A DNA stretch of 64,000 nucleotides from positions 428-64,427 of the forward strand of contig CAYFOF010000003.1 in the NCBI GenBank assembly GCA_964344655.1, read 5' to 3'. Source of the stretch: Candidatus Woesearchaeota archaeon (GTDB taxonomy: Archaea > Nanobdellota > Nanobdellia > SCGC-AAA011-G17 > PNOQ01). The stretch's first letter is position 1, and each line of letters begins with the position of its first letter. The translations under genes and the position numbers were made by a program. The notes under the pieces are model-generated. The model was not told the DNA's origin. It searched no databases and saw nothing but the letters and a program-made list of their open reading frames with translations. This document shows, piece by piece, positions 16,539 to 26,049 of this stretch.

Positions 16539-19500
16539 TTATCTAAAAACTTCCATAAAAGTAGTTCCGCCAATTACAGCATGTGCTTGACTATTTGGAT
16601 GTAATCCGTCTCCATCGTATTCTGATTTTAAGTAACCATTTCCATCATCTAGTGGAGTGAATACATCTACTGCAAAATCAACATTATTATTTGTTAATAT
16701 CCAATTATTTATATCTTTAATTATTTTAACTGAATCACTTACGTCTTCACAGTTTTTACGCTCTTCGTACCATCTTCCTGCAGGAGTTAAGGTTAGAGCA
16801 ATTACTGTTTTTCCTTGAGCTTTTAGGTAAGAATATATTGTTTCTAATTTGTTTGCGTATGTTTCGTAATTTCCTTCACAAGGTATGTCATTTATTCCAG
16901 CAAATACTAAAACAGTGTCATAATTATTTAGGTTAAAGCTATCTACGGTTCCTCCCGCGCAATCTCTTGTTTGTTCTGATCCAAGAAGTCTTAATCTTAT
17001 ATTATCTATGCCACAACTAGAATATCCTCTATAATCTAAATTTATATTGTAGCTTTCTAAATTTGCTTTTAGGTGATTTGCATAACCTCCGTTGGCAGTT
17101 ATAGAATCTCCTATGGCCAAAACGTTTGTTATTTGTTTTGTGTTTTTGAAATTAGTAGTTGAAGTTCCGCAGGAAATAAATCCATAATATCTATCATTTA
17201 GTTTGTCTATGTTGTCGGTTGTTTTTGCAACAGTACATCCATAATTTGTATTTGTCGGATGGCAATTTGTATTCCAGCGATTTCCTCCTATTCTTTCAAT
17301 TTCTTCTACATTATTATTTGCATCTACAGAAACTCCTGTTACGACATCACAATGTCCTGATCTATCTGGGGTTAGTGTGTTATATGTGGTTGATCCAGAT
17401 TCAACTCTGCACAAAATGTCTCCAGGTTTTATATTGTTTATATTTGATATGTCATTTGTTTTACAACTATATTCATTTGGATTGTCTCTTAATTCTGTGA
17501 AATACACTGAATGTTTTCCACTTACTGGGAAATCTGAAACTCCGGCATTTTTCATAACGTAAGAAATAAATGCTCCAGACCATGGAGTATCTTCGCAATC
17601 CCAATTTGTTGTTGATGTTGTACTGAAATAAGATTGTAATTTATTTTGCATGTCGCATTCTTTTCTAGCTCCCTCTCCCCATGCAGAATATTCTGCTTTG
17701 GCAACGTCGACAATATCATTTTTACTTTCTAATTGTGTTGTGATAATATTTCTTGATGCAAAGCCGAATTTAGATTTTAAAACATTATATTTTTCCATTA
17801 CTCCTTCAACGTAATTTGGATGGTGCCCGCAAGTATATCCAGCGTATCCTCTTACTGCGGCCTCCCAACCATTGTAGGTTGTTGTGGGACCATCACATGT
17901 TTTTTGGAAACTCATTCCATTCTCTCTTTCACCCCAATAACGATAAGCATTACTTAAAACATAGACTCCACATTGAACATTTGCTTTGGTATTTGTTTTT
18001 AATCCGTCAACAGAGCTAGCCCCAGATACTCTTCCATCGGAACAAGCATCGTCAAATCCTGTTCCTGTAATTTGCATTAAACCTCTGGCTCCAGTGTTGG
18101 ATGTTGCACTTTGATCACACCCACTTTCGTGCATCATAATTGCTAAAACTAATAGAGGATCAATATCTTTTTCTTCTGAGTATTGATCTATGTATTGAGC
18201 GTATAACTGGCAATTGTTTCCACAATCGCATCTTCTGTCACCAATTACATTTTCTTTCGCATATTGTATTGCTCCGTAAACATCTCCTGTTCCAGTGACT
18301 GTTGTGGTTCCTCTAGAATCACATTTTGTGGCTTGAGTTTGTATCCATGAGATTATTTTATTGAAATCATTTAGTTCTGTTGTTTTTTCAAATTTTATTC
18401 CGTTTTCACATTTCATTTCAAGTTCATTTATGTTTGTATTGCTATCTACGTATGCCCTTAGAACAGTTTCAAATCCTTCCCACCAATAATATTTTTTACT
18501 TATTCCACCTTTTTTTTCTACGTAAAACCCATTCCAGTGAATTGTTTTATCGTTATCAAATATTAATAAATCGTTTCCTGCTCGTTTTATATCTAGTTCA
18601 AATGGTTGCATCCCGTTTTCTACTCTTTCATAAATTGCATAATATAACCATTCAGCTAATCTGGAAGGAGAAATACCATTTACTACGTTTTGACCATTAA
18701 ATGTATCATATTTATTTTTATCTCCTGTTTTATGTTCAATTATTACTTTATTCCAGTTGTTCATATTTTCCCTAATTACTTGGGCTATCCCATAGGATGC
18801 AGGGGAAAGAGAAATTTCTTCAAAATCTGGGGAGAATACTACTTCTTCATAATCTTCCCATTCTTGATTTGGTCTTTTTAGAGATAATTCTCCGTCATTT
18901 ACCCTAAATTGTGTGTTTGATGAAGTTGGTTCAACTTTTATTTCAATTTCTTTATCTGTTAATTCCGAATATGCTAATTGATCTCTTATTTCTGAAGTTG
19001 CTCTACTATCTTCTTGTCCGCAAAACTCTAATATGTCTAGTATATTTGCCCCACCAGATTCAAATTTGGATTTTCTATTATCTCCTTTGTGTACGGTAAT
19101 ATGATCATCATCCTTTCCTGGAGGGTTGTTTACAGTTTCTACTATTTCTTTTACTCCGCCAGAAAAATCTTTTCCAACTAAACCTTCACAAACGTCAGAA
19201 AGAATTGTTGCGTATTTTGAATTTTTTATTAAATTACAATCTTCATTTTGATATATTTTTATCCATTCTTCATTGTTTGTTGGACCTTCTAATTTGTATT
19301 CCCACGTTCCAAATAAATATCTGAATGAGGCTCTATCGCTATTACTATTTGAATCATCAGCGTCGTAAAATATAGAACATTGAGCAGATTGTTCATCAAG
19401 TTTTCTTTGGGCTTCTTGTTGGGTTTCTTCTATTTTTTTGTATCCTGCCAGGGTTATTAGATGTTCTGCTGCTAATGAATGTGATTTTTCTATCACTTCA

Positions 19501-22500
19501 AAATCTCTTGCTCTGTCAATTAAATCATATAATTTTCCTATAAATTCTATTTTTGTTTGACGATCTCTTGGATCTATTCCTAGTGATTCGAATGCAAGGG
19601 ATTGGTATTCTTCTTCTGAATTATCATCTAATGTTTGTTGTATTTCGTTTCTTCTTTCTTGTTCTTGTGCTGGAGTATATTCATTATTTCTTTGAGCTTC
19701 TGCGATTACTTCTGATAAATTATATGAAGTATCATGTAATGATTGTTTTATTCCAGCAGAATAAAGATAGCAATTTCCTAGCTCTCTTCCTAAATCATCT
19801 TGTCCACAAGTTCCTACAAATTCCCATTCATCTCCCACACCATCGGGGTCGTATGCTGCACAAACTCTTTTTACTCCAGAAGTAAATAATCCAGGAACAT
19901 AACTTCTTTCTCTTGGAACACATTGTTCTGCAGTTTGGATATTATCGTTTAATGTTGATTTTATTAATTCATCTTTTAGATATTGAGTTGAGAATCCACT
20001 TGATGTACTTCCGAATCCACATTCTTGAATACCATCTATGATTATACACATTTCTACAAATCCTGGAGGTAAATTTGGAAGTGTGAAACTTTGATCTACA
20101 CTTTCTCCTCTTCTTAGGATTCTATCTCCTTGGAATAATCCAGGATCGTTAACTGTGATTGTTTGTCCGTTTATGTCTTTCAAAACTACTTTATACCTTA
20201 TGTCTTTATTTCTTCCAGCGTATATGTGATAGTAAATTCTGTATGTTGATTGCCCGGTTCCTATTGTAGCTTGAGTGTTTATGAAACCAGATTGTAAATT
20301 TACTTCTGAAGATCTATCTTCTTCAAACCATCCTGTGAATTGCGGTGGACTCTCTGGTGATGTTAATTGACCCAGTAGATCTCCTCCTGCGGGGGTTCTT
20401 CCGAATATTGCTTGTTTACAAAGTGTGCTTCCTACTTCGCTGGAGGTTCTTCCTCTGAATGCTGAGAATGCTGAAGATGCATAACTCTTTGTGAAAAAGT
20501 TTACAGAATCTCCAAGTCTACTCCAACTAGATTCCCATAATTTATATTCTCCTCCGCCGGATGAACCAAATACTGCTGTTGAGATGAAACTTTGTATCTT
20601 TCCAAAGACATTTACTAATGCTAAAGCTTCTTCCCATAAAATATTACACATGTATAAACTTCTTATTTCATTACAGATTCCTACAGATTCCCCACTTGTT
20701 TTGGCTACTTCTAGACAATCTCTGAAACTACCAAACATAGAATAGATGTTTTCTAATCCTGCATGTATTCCAGTTAAACAAATTGGAAGAATATCTCCAT
20801 TGCCCCATCCTAGTGTGATTGAACCAATGATTCCTTTTTGTACTACAGATCCTGCATCTCCCCCAAGATCCCATCTCCCTCCAAGATTAAATCTTGATGG
20901 CGGACACATTACAGGATCACAAACATTGTATAAAATTTTACAATCTGTAGAAGACATTGAATCTTCACATTGTCCATTTGGATCTAATCTTGATCCTATA
21001 TTTCCTTCGTATTGTTCAATTAATATGTCTTGACCGTTGAATTTTACTATTGATCCCTTGTCTTTTGTAGCTAGTGGAACTGCTTGTTGATATGTTCTTT
21101 CTATTTCATAAGCTAACCTATCATTTTCTTTTAATCTTGTATCTGGATGTAATTGTGTTGAGGACATTACTAGTTTATCATCTTCTGTGTCTGGAATTCC
21201 GTCTGAGCCAATATTCCATACTGAAAATCTATATCCTCCTCTTCTTTCTGCATTTTCATCTACTTGTATGTAGTTTGCAAAACTTAGTGATTCTTCTCCA
21301 CCATTATATTGGAATGGGATTAATGTTGGAGTGTTAGTTTCATCGTCGAAGTAAATTCTTGGAACTGTTGTATATTGAGTTAAGAAAGATCCTTCTGAAA
21401 GTCCGGCAAGGTAAATGTTTCCGTTTGCTTCATAAAAGTCTCCTCTGGTACTTGAAAGGATTTCACTTCCATCCATTATTGGGGTTACAGTTATTTTATT
21501 TCCTTCCGTATCTATTATGTATTTGTTATCTCCATCTGTGTAAAGCGGGAATGGGTTATTGTTTGGTCTGGAGATTATATCTCTTCCTTGAAGTGTTTGT
21601 TGTGCACGAGTGTCTTGATCTGTGAAGAATGCATTTGAAGGAGTTGTTAAAGAACCAGTTCCAACACTTAATCTGTATCTTAATTCAATTTCTTTTATTT
21701 CTTTATCAGAAAGTTCTTGATCTCCTATTTCTTCTCTTATTGATCGATCAATTTTATTTACTTTTTGTAGTTGTTCGTCAAAGTCTAAACTGCCGTCTTG
21801 CCAAACTTCTTCATCATACATTGATTCGTATAATTCTTGACCTGAAAGATCTCCGTATTTGTGTAATAATGTTAAGTTTGTTACATCCATGTTTAATCTT
21901 GTAGCTATTCCTTGTAAAGATTCTTCATCTTCAAAATCTACATCTTTGAATAATTCATCTAATTCGTTTTTTGTTCTTTGAGAAATTTCTACTCTTTCTT
22001 CTATTTCATTTTTAGCATCGTTGAAACAATTTATTGAGGCTTGAGTGTTAGTCCCGTGTACACTTTCACAGTCTTCTCTTACTCTATTTTCAATTAATCT
22101 TTTTGCAGGATTTGAAAAGAAAGCATTTTTTATTGTTAGTGCAGCAAATGTTGCATAACAAACTCCTTTCCAGGTTGAAATTATACTTCCTAGTCTATTT
22201 ATTATTCCGTCTAGTCTAGAAAGTGTTCTATCTGTTGAGGCAATCATCTTATCAATTTCTTCAGGAGTCCATTGCCATAATCTTTTTTCTATTGGCAAGT
22301 GAATTGTAAATTGAGAAGTTCCATAATTATCTCTTGTTCCTGGAGTTACAGTTATTATTGCACTTTCAACTACATCTATTTTATCTATGTAAATGAATCT
22401 AGATTGAGTACCGAAAGGAACTTGAGTTTTTTTGCCTATTTCTAATGTTCTTGTATTTGCTTCTGGTCTGTTTCTTGAATTTAATTCTGTGAATTCTTGT

Positions 22501-24017
22501 TGGATCACAACTTCATTTGAGCTTATTGAAGTTATTGCCCATCTATATTTATTTCCTGACTCGTCAATTATCTCTGGAGAAATGTATTCTCCGATTGTTC
22601 CTTCATCAAAATCGAAATTTATTATGCTATCATCAAAACTGTTTAATACAGCATAATTTACTTTACTTTGTTCTGCATCATCATCAATTGATATTAAAGT
22701 TATTAACATATCATCTGCTTTGACATAATTGTATTTGTTTTGTAATCTTAATTGAGAATTATCTAATCTTTCTTGATATTTTTCTTGCAATGAAGGATCT
22801 GCTTGTATTGCATTTAGTAAGAAAAGATTTGCTTTTTCTATTGAATTAAGACCTTCGTAAGCCTCAGAAATTTTTACATAGTATTCTGCTTCTTCTGTTG
22901 AAGTTTCTGCTAGTTGTAATGCAGATCTGTAATCTTCAATTGCTTGACAGTATAACTGAGTTGAAGAAGCAGCGCTTAATTGTTCACTTGGTAGATATCT
23001 GAAATTTGCACACGGATCTGAAATTTCACTTCCCTCTTCATATGCTATGAATAATTCATTTCCATCTGTGTCAACTATTATTAATCCGTCAGAAAATATT
23101 TCTTTTACAACCCATTCACTGTTTAATTTCATTCCAGCAACATAATCTTTTGTTGATGAAACAATTTCTTCTCCTAAATCTTCTTCAATTAGTAACCTTG
23201 CTTTGTTTTCGTTTTTACTTACTCTTTCTAGTTTTAGATTAATTCTACTTTCCAGTAAACTTGGAGCCCCTGGGAGTGTAACTTCTTTTGGTTCTCCTCC
23301 AGCTGTTAATTTAACTTGATTAGCAAATCCTATTTTTCTTTTATTTCCGTCGTATAATTGTACTCTTGCGGTGTTTCCATTTATTTCTATAACTCTTATG
23401 TACCCTCTTCCGCCCCATAAAGCACTATCTTTTAGTTCTTTGTTTAGCCATGCTTCTTCATCCTTTTGAGGAGCGAGATTGAAACTTTGTGTACTTAAAA
23501 CTCCAAATCCAGATTCAACATCAAAATAAATTCTTGCATCAACTTCAATTGTTATTTCTTCAGGAACTTTTTCTTCTAGTGGTTGACGTTTTAGTCTTAC
23601 AGTTGTGTATCCTAGATCTATGTTTCCATTTGCATCAACTACTAATTCTTCTCCTTTTGGTCTTACTAGAGAAGTTAATCCTCCTTGAATGTATTTACTT
23701 GATTCTCGGTTTGGGATTAAATCTATATGTTTAATTTTCATATCTCCGTAAAATGGAGCCCCCGCAGGAGATTGAGAATCACCGAATAATGCAGTGCCTA
23801 AAGTTTTACCAGAAAGAAATACGTGAACATTTGCTGCTCTGTGTTGGAATAAATCAGAAGTTATTGGAGTTGGGCTTACGTGATCTACGTTTATTGTAAG
23901 TGCTTCTCCTAAGTCTCTTGTGTCTCCTTCTATTGGATCGTTGTAATATCCAAAGGAAGTTACTGGAGTACTAACTATTAAAATTATACAAATTATTGCG
24001 TATATTGCTTTATTCAT
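16539..24017 (-). CDS. Giant secreted protein (2492 aa): about 1900 aa N-terminal region of unknown function followed by lytic transglycosylase (SLT), CHAP-like Cys/His peptidase and SGNH/GDSL hydrolase domains
   Basis: Signal peptide MNKAIYAIICIILIVSTPVTSFG. SLT motif AIMMHESGCDQ...GARGLMQIT (coding around 17.9-18.25 kb). CHAP-like Cys region WSGAFISYVMKNAGV and His region SGHCDVVTGV (around 17.3-17.6 kb). SGNH block I AIGDSITANGG and block V DGLHPN (16.54-17.14 kb). The start codon overlaps the stop of the upstream gene (ATGA). Confidence 0.85.
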   Translation of the reverse strand: MNKAIYAIICIILIVSTPVTSFGYYNDPIEGDTRDLGEALTINVDHVSPTPITSDLFQHRAANVHVFLSGKTLGTALFGDSQSPAGAPFYGDMKIKHIDLIPNRESSKYIQGGLTSLVRPKGEELVVDANGNIDLGYTTVRLKRQPLEEKVPEEITIEVDARIYFDVESGFGVLSTQSFNLAPQKDEEAWLNKELKDSALWGGRGYIRVIEINGNTARVQLYDGNKRKIGFANQVKLTAGGEPKEVTLPGAPSLLESRINLKLERVSKNENKARLLIEEDLGEEIVSSTKDYVAGMKLNSEWVVKEIFSDGLIIVDTDGNELFIAYEEGSEISDPCANFRYLPSEQLSAASSTQLYCQAIEDYRSALQLAETSTEEAEYYVKISEAYEGLNSIEKANLFLLNAIQADPSLQEKYQERLDNSQLRLQNKYNYVKADDMLITLISIDDDAEQSKVNYAVLNSFDDSIINFDFDEGTIGEYISPEIIDESGNKYRWAITSISSNEVVIQQEFTELNSRNRPEANTRTLEIGKKTQVPFGTQSRFIYIDKIDVVESAIITVTPGTRDNYGTSQFTIHLPIEKRLWQWTPEEIDKMIASTDRTLSRLDGIINRLGSIISTWKGVCYATFAALTIKNAFFSNPAKRLIENRVREDCESVHGTNTQASINCFNDAKNEIEERVEISQRTKNELDELFKDVDFEDEESLQGIATRLNMDVTNLTLLHKYGDLSGQELYESMYDEEVWQDGSLDFDEQLQKVNKIDRSIREEIGDQELSDKEIKEIELRYRLSVGTGSLTTPSNAFFTDQDTRAQQTLQGRDIISRPNNNPFPLYTDGDNKYIIDTEGNKITVTPIMDGSEILSSTRGDFYEANGNIYLAGLSEGSFLTQYTTVPRIYFDDETNTPTLIPFQYNGGEESLSFANYIQVDENAERRGGYRFSVWNIGSDGIPDTEDDKLVMSSTQLHPDTRLKENDRLAYEIERTYQQAVPLATKDKGSIVKFNGQDILIEQYEGNIGSRLDPNGQCEDSMSSTDCKILYNVCDPVMCPPSRFNLGGRWDLGGDAGSVVQKGIIGSITLGWGNGDILPICLTGIHAGLENIYSMFGSFRDCLEVAKTSGESVGICNEIRSLYMCNILWEEALALVNVFGKIQSFISTAVFGSSGGGEYKLWESSWSRLGDSVNFFTKSYASSAFSAFRGRTSSEVGSTLCKQAIFGRTPAGGDLLGQLTSPESPPQFTGWFEEDRSSEVNLQSGFINTQATIGTGQSTYRIYYHIYAGRNKDIRYKVVLKDINGQTITVNDPGLFQGDRILRRGESVDQSFTLPNLPPGFVEMCIIIDGIQECGFGSTSSGFSTQYLKDELIKSTLNDNIQTAEQCVPRERSYVPGLFTSGVKRVCAAYDPDGVGDEWEFVGTCGQDDLGRELGNCYLYSAGIKQSLHDTSYNLSEVIAEAQRNNEYTPAQEQERRNEIQQTLDDNSEEEYQSLAFESLGIDPRDRQTKIEFIGKLYDLIDRARDFEVIEKSHSLAAEHLITLAGYKKIEETQQEAQRKLDEQSAQCSIFYDADDSNSNSDRASFRYLFGTWEYKLEGPTNNEEWIKIYQNEDCNLIKNSKYATILSDVCEGLVGKDFSGGVKEIVETVNNPPGKDDDHITVHKGDNRKSKFESGGANILDILEFCGQEDSRATSEIRDQLAYSELTDKEIEIKVEPTSSNTQFRVNDGELSLKRPNQEWEDYEEVVFSPDFEEISLSPASYGIAQVIRENMNNWNKVIIEHKTGDKNKYDTFNGQNVVNGISPSRLAEWLYYAIYERVENGMQPFELDIKRAGNDLLIFDNDKTIHWNGFYVEKKGGISKKYYWWEGFETVLRAYVDSNTNINELEMKCENGIKFEKTTELNDFNKIISWIQTQATKCDSRGTTTVTGTGDVYGAIQYAKENVIGDRRCDCGNNCQLYAQYIDQYSEEKDIDPLLVLAIMMHESGCDQSATSNTGARGLMQITGTGFDDACSDGRVSGASSVDGLKTNTKANVQCGVYVLSNAYRYWGERENGMSFQKTCDGPTTTYNGWEAAVRGYAGYTCGHHPNYVEGVMEKYNVLKSKFGFASRNIITTQLESKNDIVDVAKAEYSAWGEGARKECDMQNKLQSYFSTTSTTNWDCEDTPWSGAFISYVMKNAGVSDFPVSGKHSVYFTELRDNPNEYSCKTNDISNINNIKPGDILCRVESGSTTYNTLTPDRSGHCDVVTGVSVDANNNVEEIERIGGNRWNTNCHPTNTNYGCTVAKTTDNIDKLNDRYYGFISCGTSTTNFKNTKQITNVLAIGDSITANGGYANHLKANLESYNINLDYRGYSSCGIDNIRLRLLGSEQTRDCAGGTVDSFNLNNYDTVLVFAGINDIPCEGNYETYANKLETIYSYLKAQGKTVIALTLTPAGRWYEERKNCEDVSDSVKIIKDINNWILTNNNVDFAVDVFTPLDDGNGYLKSEYDGDGLHPNSQAHAVIGGTTFMEVFR

Positions 24018-25987
24018 TGTACTTCTGGGTATATGAAATTTTGATTATTTGCATTTGCATTCATGTTATTGAAAACATCTAACATTTCTGATTGTGTTCT
24101 TGGAGTTTTATCATATGGGACGTAAACTGTTAGTTTATTTCTATTGAAAACATCAGCATACCATTCGTATGCAGCTCCGCCGACAATAACATCCGTTAGT
24201 GTTCCTCCATCAAATTCGGATTCAAAACATTTTTCTTCACTTGAGAATAATCCAAGTATTCCTGGACGTGGAACTTTTACACAACTTATTTCTGAATCGG
24301 ATTTAAGTTCTATGTTTGTATTTTCTTCAGTTAGTAAGTATGAAGTTACTTGGTAGTTTCCGTCGGTTAATTTTATTTCAGTGTCTTCATTTGTTACCAT
24401 AGTTATGTATCCATTATCTAGGTTTTCAAATTGTACTACCGCTTGTTTGTCATTTACGGAACTAGTGAATCCATCTCCAAGTTGAACTTCTTTTATTTCT
24501 AATTCTAGAGTGTAGTGTTTGTCTAGTAGAACTGTAGTTTCTTGATCTATGTTTGTTGAAATAAATTCTCCGCCAAGCTCATAGCCATCTTTTTGTGCAA
24601 TTATTGCACCGTTTAAACATGGAGGGAAGTTTGCATTTATTTTTCCTTGTTCATTTGTTTCTCCAATATAACAAGTAGATGTGAAACATTTGTATAGTAT
24701 ACTTGTATCTTCAATATCTCTGAATGTTTTGCTGTCATAAACTGTTACTTCCATTGGTTTTACTTTGTTTTCACAGAAATTATCTGTAAATTCATTTGAA
24801 TATTCTGTGTTGAATACTTCTCCCTCATATGCTCTTGGATTGTTGTTATCTATGATTACTGTTGTTGCGTATTGGAAAGTTAATCCAGTATTGTCGTCGG
24901 TTAATCCAATTAATACTGGGTATTTTACGTCGTAAACAAAATGGTAATTGTTTAAACAGAAAAATAAGTTTAGGAATTTACTTATCTCTGGAGTTTGTTG
25001 TGTTAGAGCATCTCCTACTAAAATTTCTCCTTTTGTTGGTGAGACATCCATAAACATTGGGAAGTCGGTTGAATAGGTGAATGATTCAGTTATATATTCG
25101 GGTTTTGTTATGTCTATTTCAAAATAATCTCTATTTGTTGGAAGATATGCAGATGAAGTTGGGTCTTTTAAGGTTAGGGCAGCTATGTTTGTGTTTGTTA
25201 TTGATTTAAGATCTTCTAGAACTCTTGATTTTTGCCAAACTTTTCTTTCACATGAAAACTCTGTTGTTGAATATGGAATTTCTTCGTATGTTGCCATTAG
25301 ATCAATTGTTTTTTCTTCTAGGAATAATTCTTCATTTTCTTTTTCCATAACTTCTTTTGCAAGATTGTATAGTTCTCCTAATTTTGAATCTGCTATTACC
25401 ATTAGTTTATCTATATCAGTATAAACTTCTTTTAGTGAAATTTGTAAATCAGAATTTAATTTTACTTGAACATTGTTTTGGTTTATTTTTACTTCTGAAG
25501 ATAATATTTCTGGATAGTTTATTGTGAATCCATCTTCTTCAAAACTTTGAGCAAAATATTCGCAGTTGTTGAAATTATTGTTTATGTATTCTTCAAGTTC
25601 TCTTTCCATTTCTTCTATAGTTGGAATTTGTTGTTGTTGGATTCCATTTGAGGTTTCATAAAACCAATATGCAACTTCATGGATTGAGTAAAGATTTAAT
25701 GTATTTGAGAATTCATCATTTATTGTTCTTTTGTAAGGTTCTTCTGGAAGGTTTATGTATCCTCCTTGAGAAGCTAAAATGTTTATTCCATCTTGAGTTA
25801 TTCCTTCTAAACATACATCAAAATAGTCTTTTGCGGGTCTTATTTGTTCTGGAATTATTATAGAATTCATCTCTGATTCAAAATCTTGTTCTAATATTTG
25901 AGATCTGAAGGAAAATAGTATTGTAAATACTGCTAAAATGACAATTCCTAGAATTATAAATACAGTAACTTGACCCCTCTTTTTCAT
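24014..25987 (-). CDS. Hypothetical 657-aa protein with an archaeal class III (type IV prepilin-like) signal peptide
   Basis: N-terminal MKKRGQVTVFIILGIVILAVFTILF: basic residues, Gly, then a 20-residue hydrophobic helix is typical of archaeal prepilin/archaellin signal peptides processed after the KRG. The rest is rich in T/N/E/Y with no motif recognized. The stop overlaps the start of the giant gene. Confidence 0.65.
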   Translation of the reverse strand: MKKRGQVTVFIILGIVILAVFTILFSFRSQILEQDFESEMNSIIIPEQIRPAKDYFDVCLEGITQDGINILASQGGYINLPEEPYKRTINDEFSNTLNLYSIHEVAYWFYETSNGIQQQQIPTIEEMERELEEYINNNFNNCEYFAQSFEEDGFTINYPEILSSEVKINQNNVQVKLNSDLQISLKEVYTDIDKLMVIADSKLGELYNLAKEVMEKENEELFLEEKTIDLMATYEEIPYSTTEFSCERKVWQKSRVLEDLKSITNTNIAALTLKDPTSSAYLPTNRDYFEIDITKPEYITESFTYSTDFPMFMDVSPTKGEILVGDALTQQTPEISKFLNLFFCLNNYHFVYDVKYPVLIGLTDDNTGLTFQYATTVIIDNNNPRAYEGEVFNTEYSNEFTDNFCENKVKPMEVTVYDSKTFRDIEDTSILYKCFTSTCYIGETNEQGKINANFPPCLNGAIIAQKDGYELGGEFISTNIDQETTVLLDKHYTLELEIKEVQLGDGFTSSVNDKQAVVQFENLDNGYITMVTNEDTEIKLTDGNYQVTSYLLTEENTNIELKSDSEISCVKVPRPGILGLFSSEEKCFESEFDGGTLTDVIVGGAAYEWYADVFNRNKLTVYVPYDKTPRTQSEMLDVFNNMNANANNQNFIYPEVQ

Positions 25988-26049
25988 GTTAAGAAATTAC
26001 GCATTTAGCTTTATAAAGTTTGTGATGAAAAATAGACGATAAAATTAGA

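Noticed and set aside
16283-16560. Search for att-site direct repeats of either flanking tRNA 3' end at the opposite border of the 16.4-28.0 kb block
   Set aside because: Neither GTCGCCTGCA-type nor GGAGTTCGATTCTCC-type repeats were found by eye near the other border. An integrative-element call is therefore not supported, only the tRNA bracketing is reported.
17219-23734. Cluster of about 25 plus-strand ORFs of 60-110 aa (Leu/His/Phe-rich) opposite the 2492-aa gene
   Set aside because: They are all antisense to one long uninterrupted minus-strand ORF with clear domain motifs. Their composition (L/F/H/Q-rich) is the typical reverse-strand shadow of a D/E/G/S-rich gene, and none has a motif or start context.
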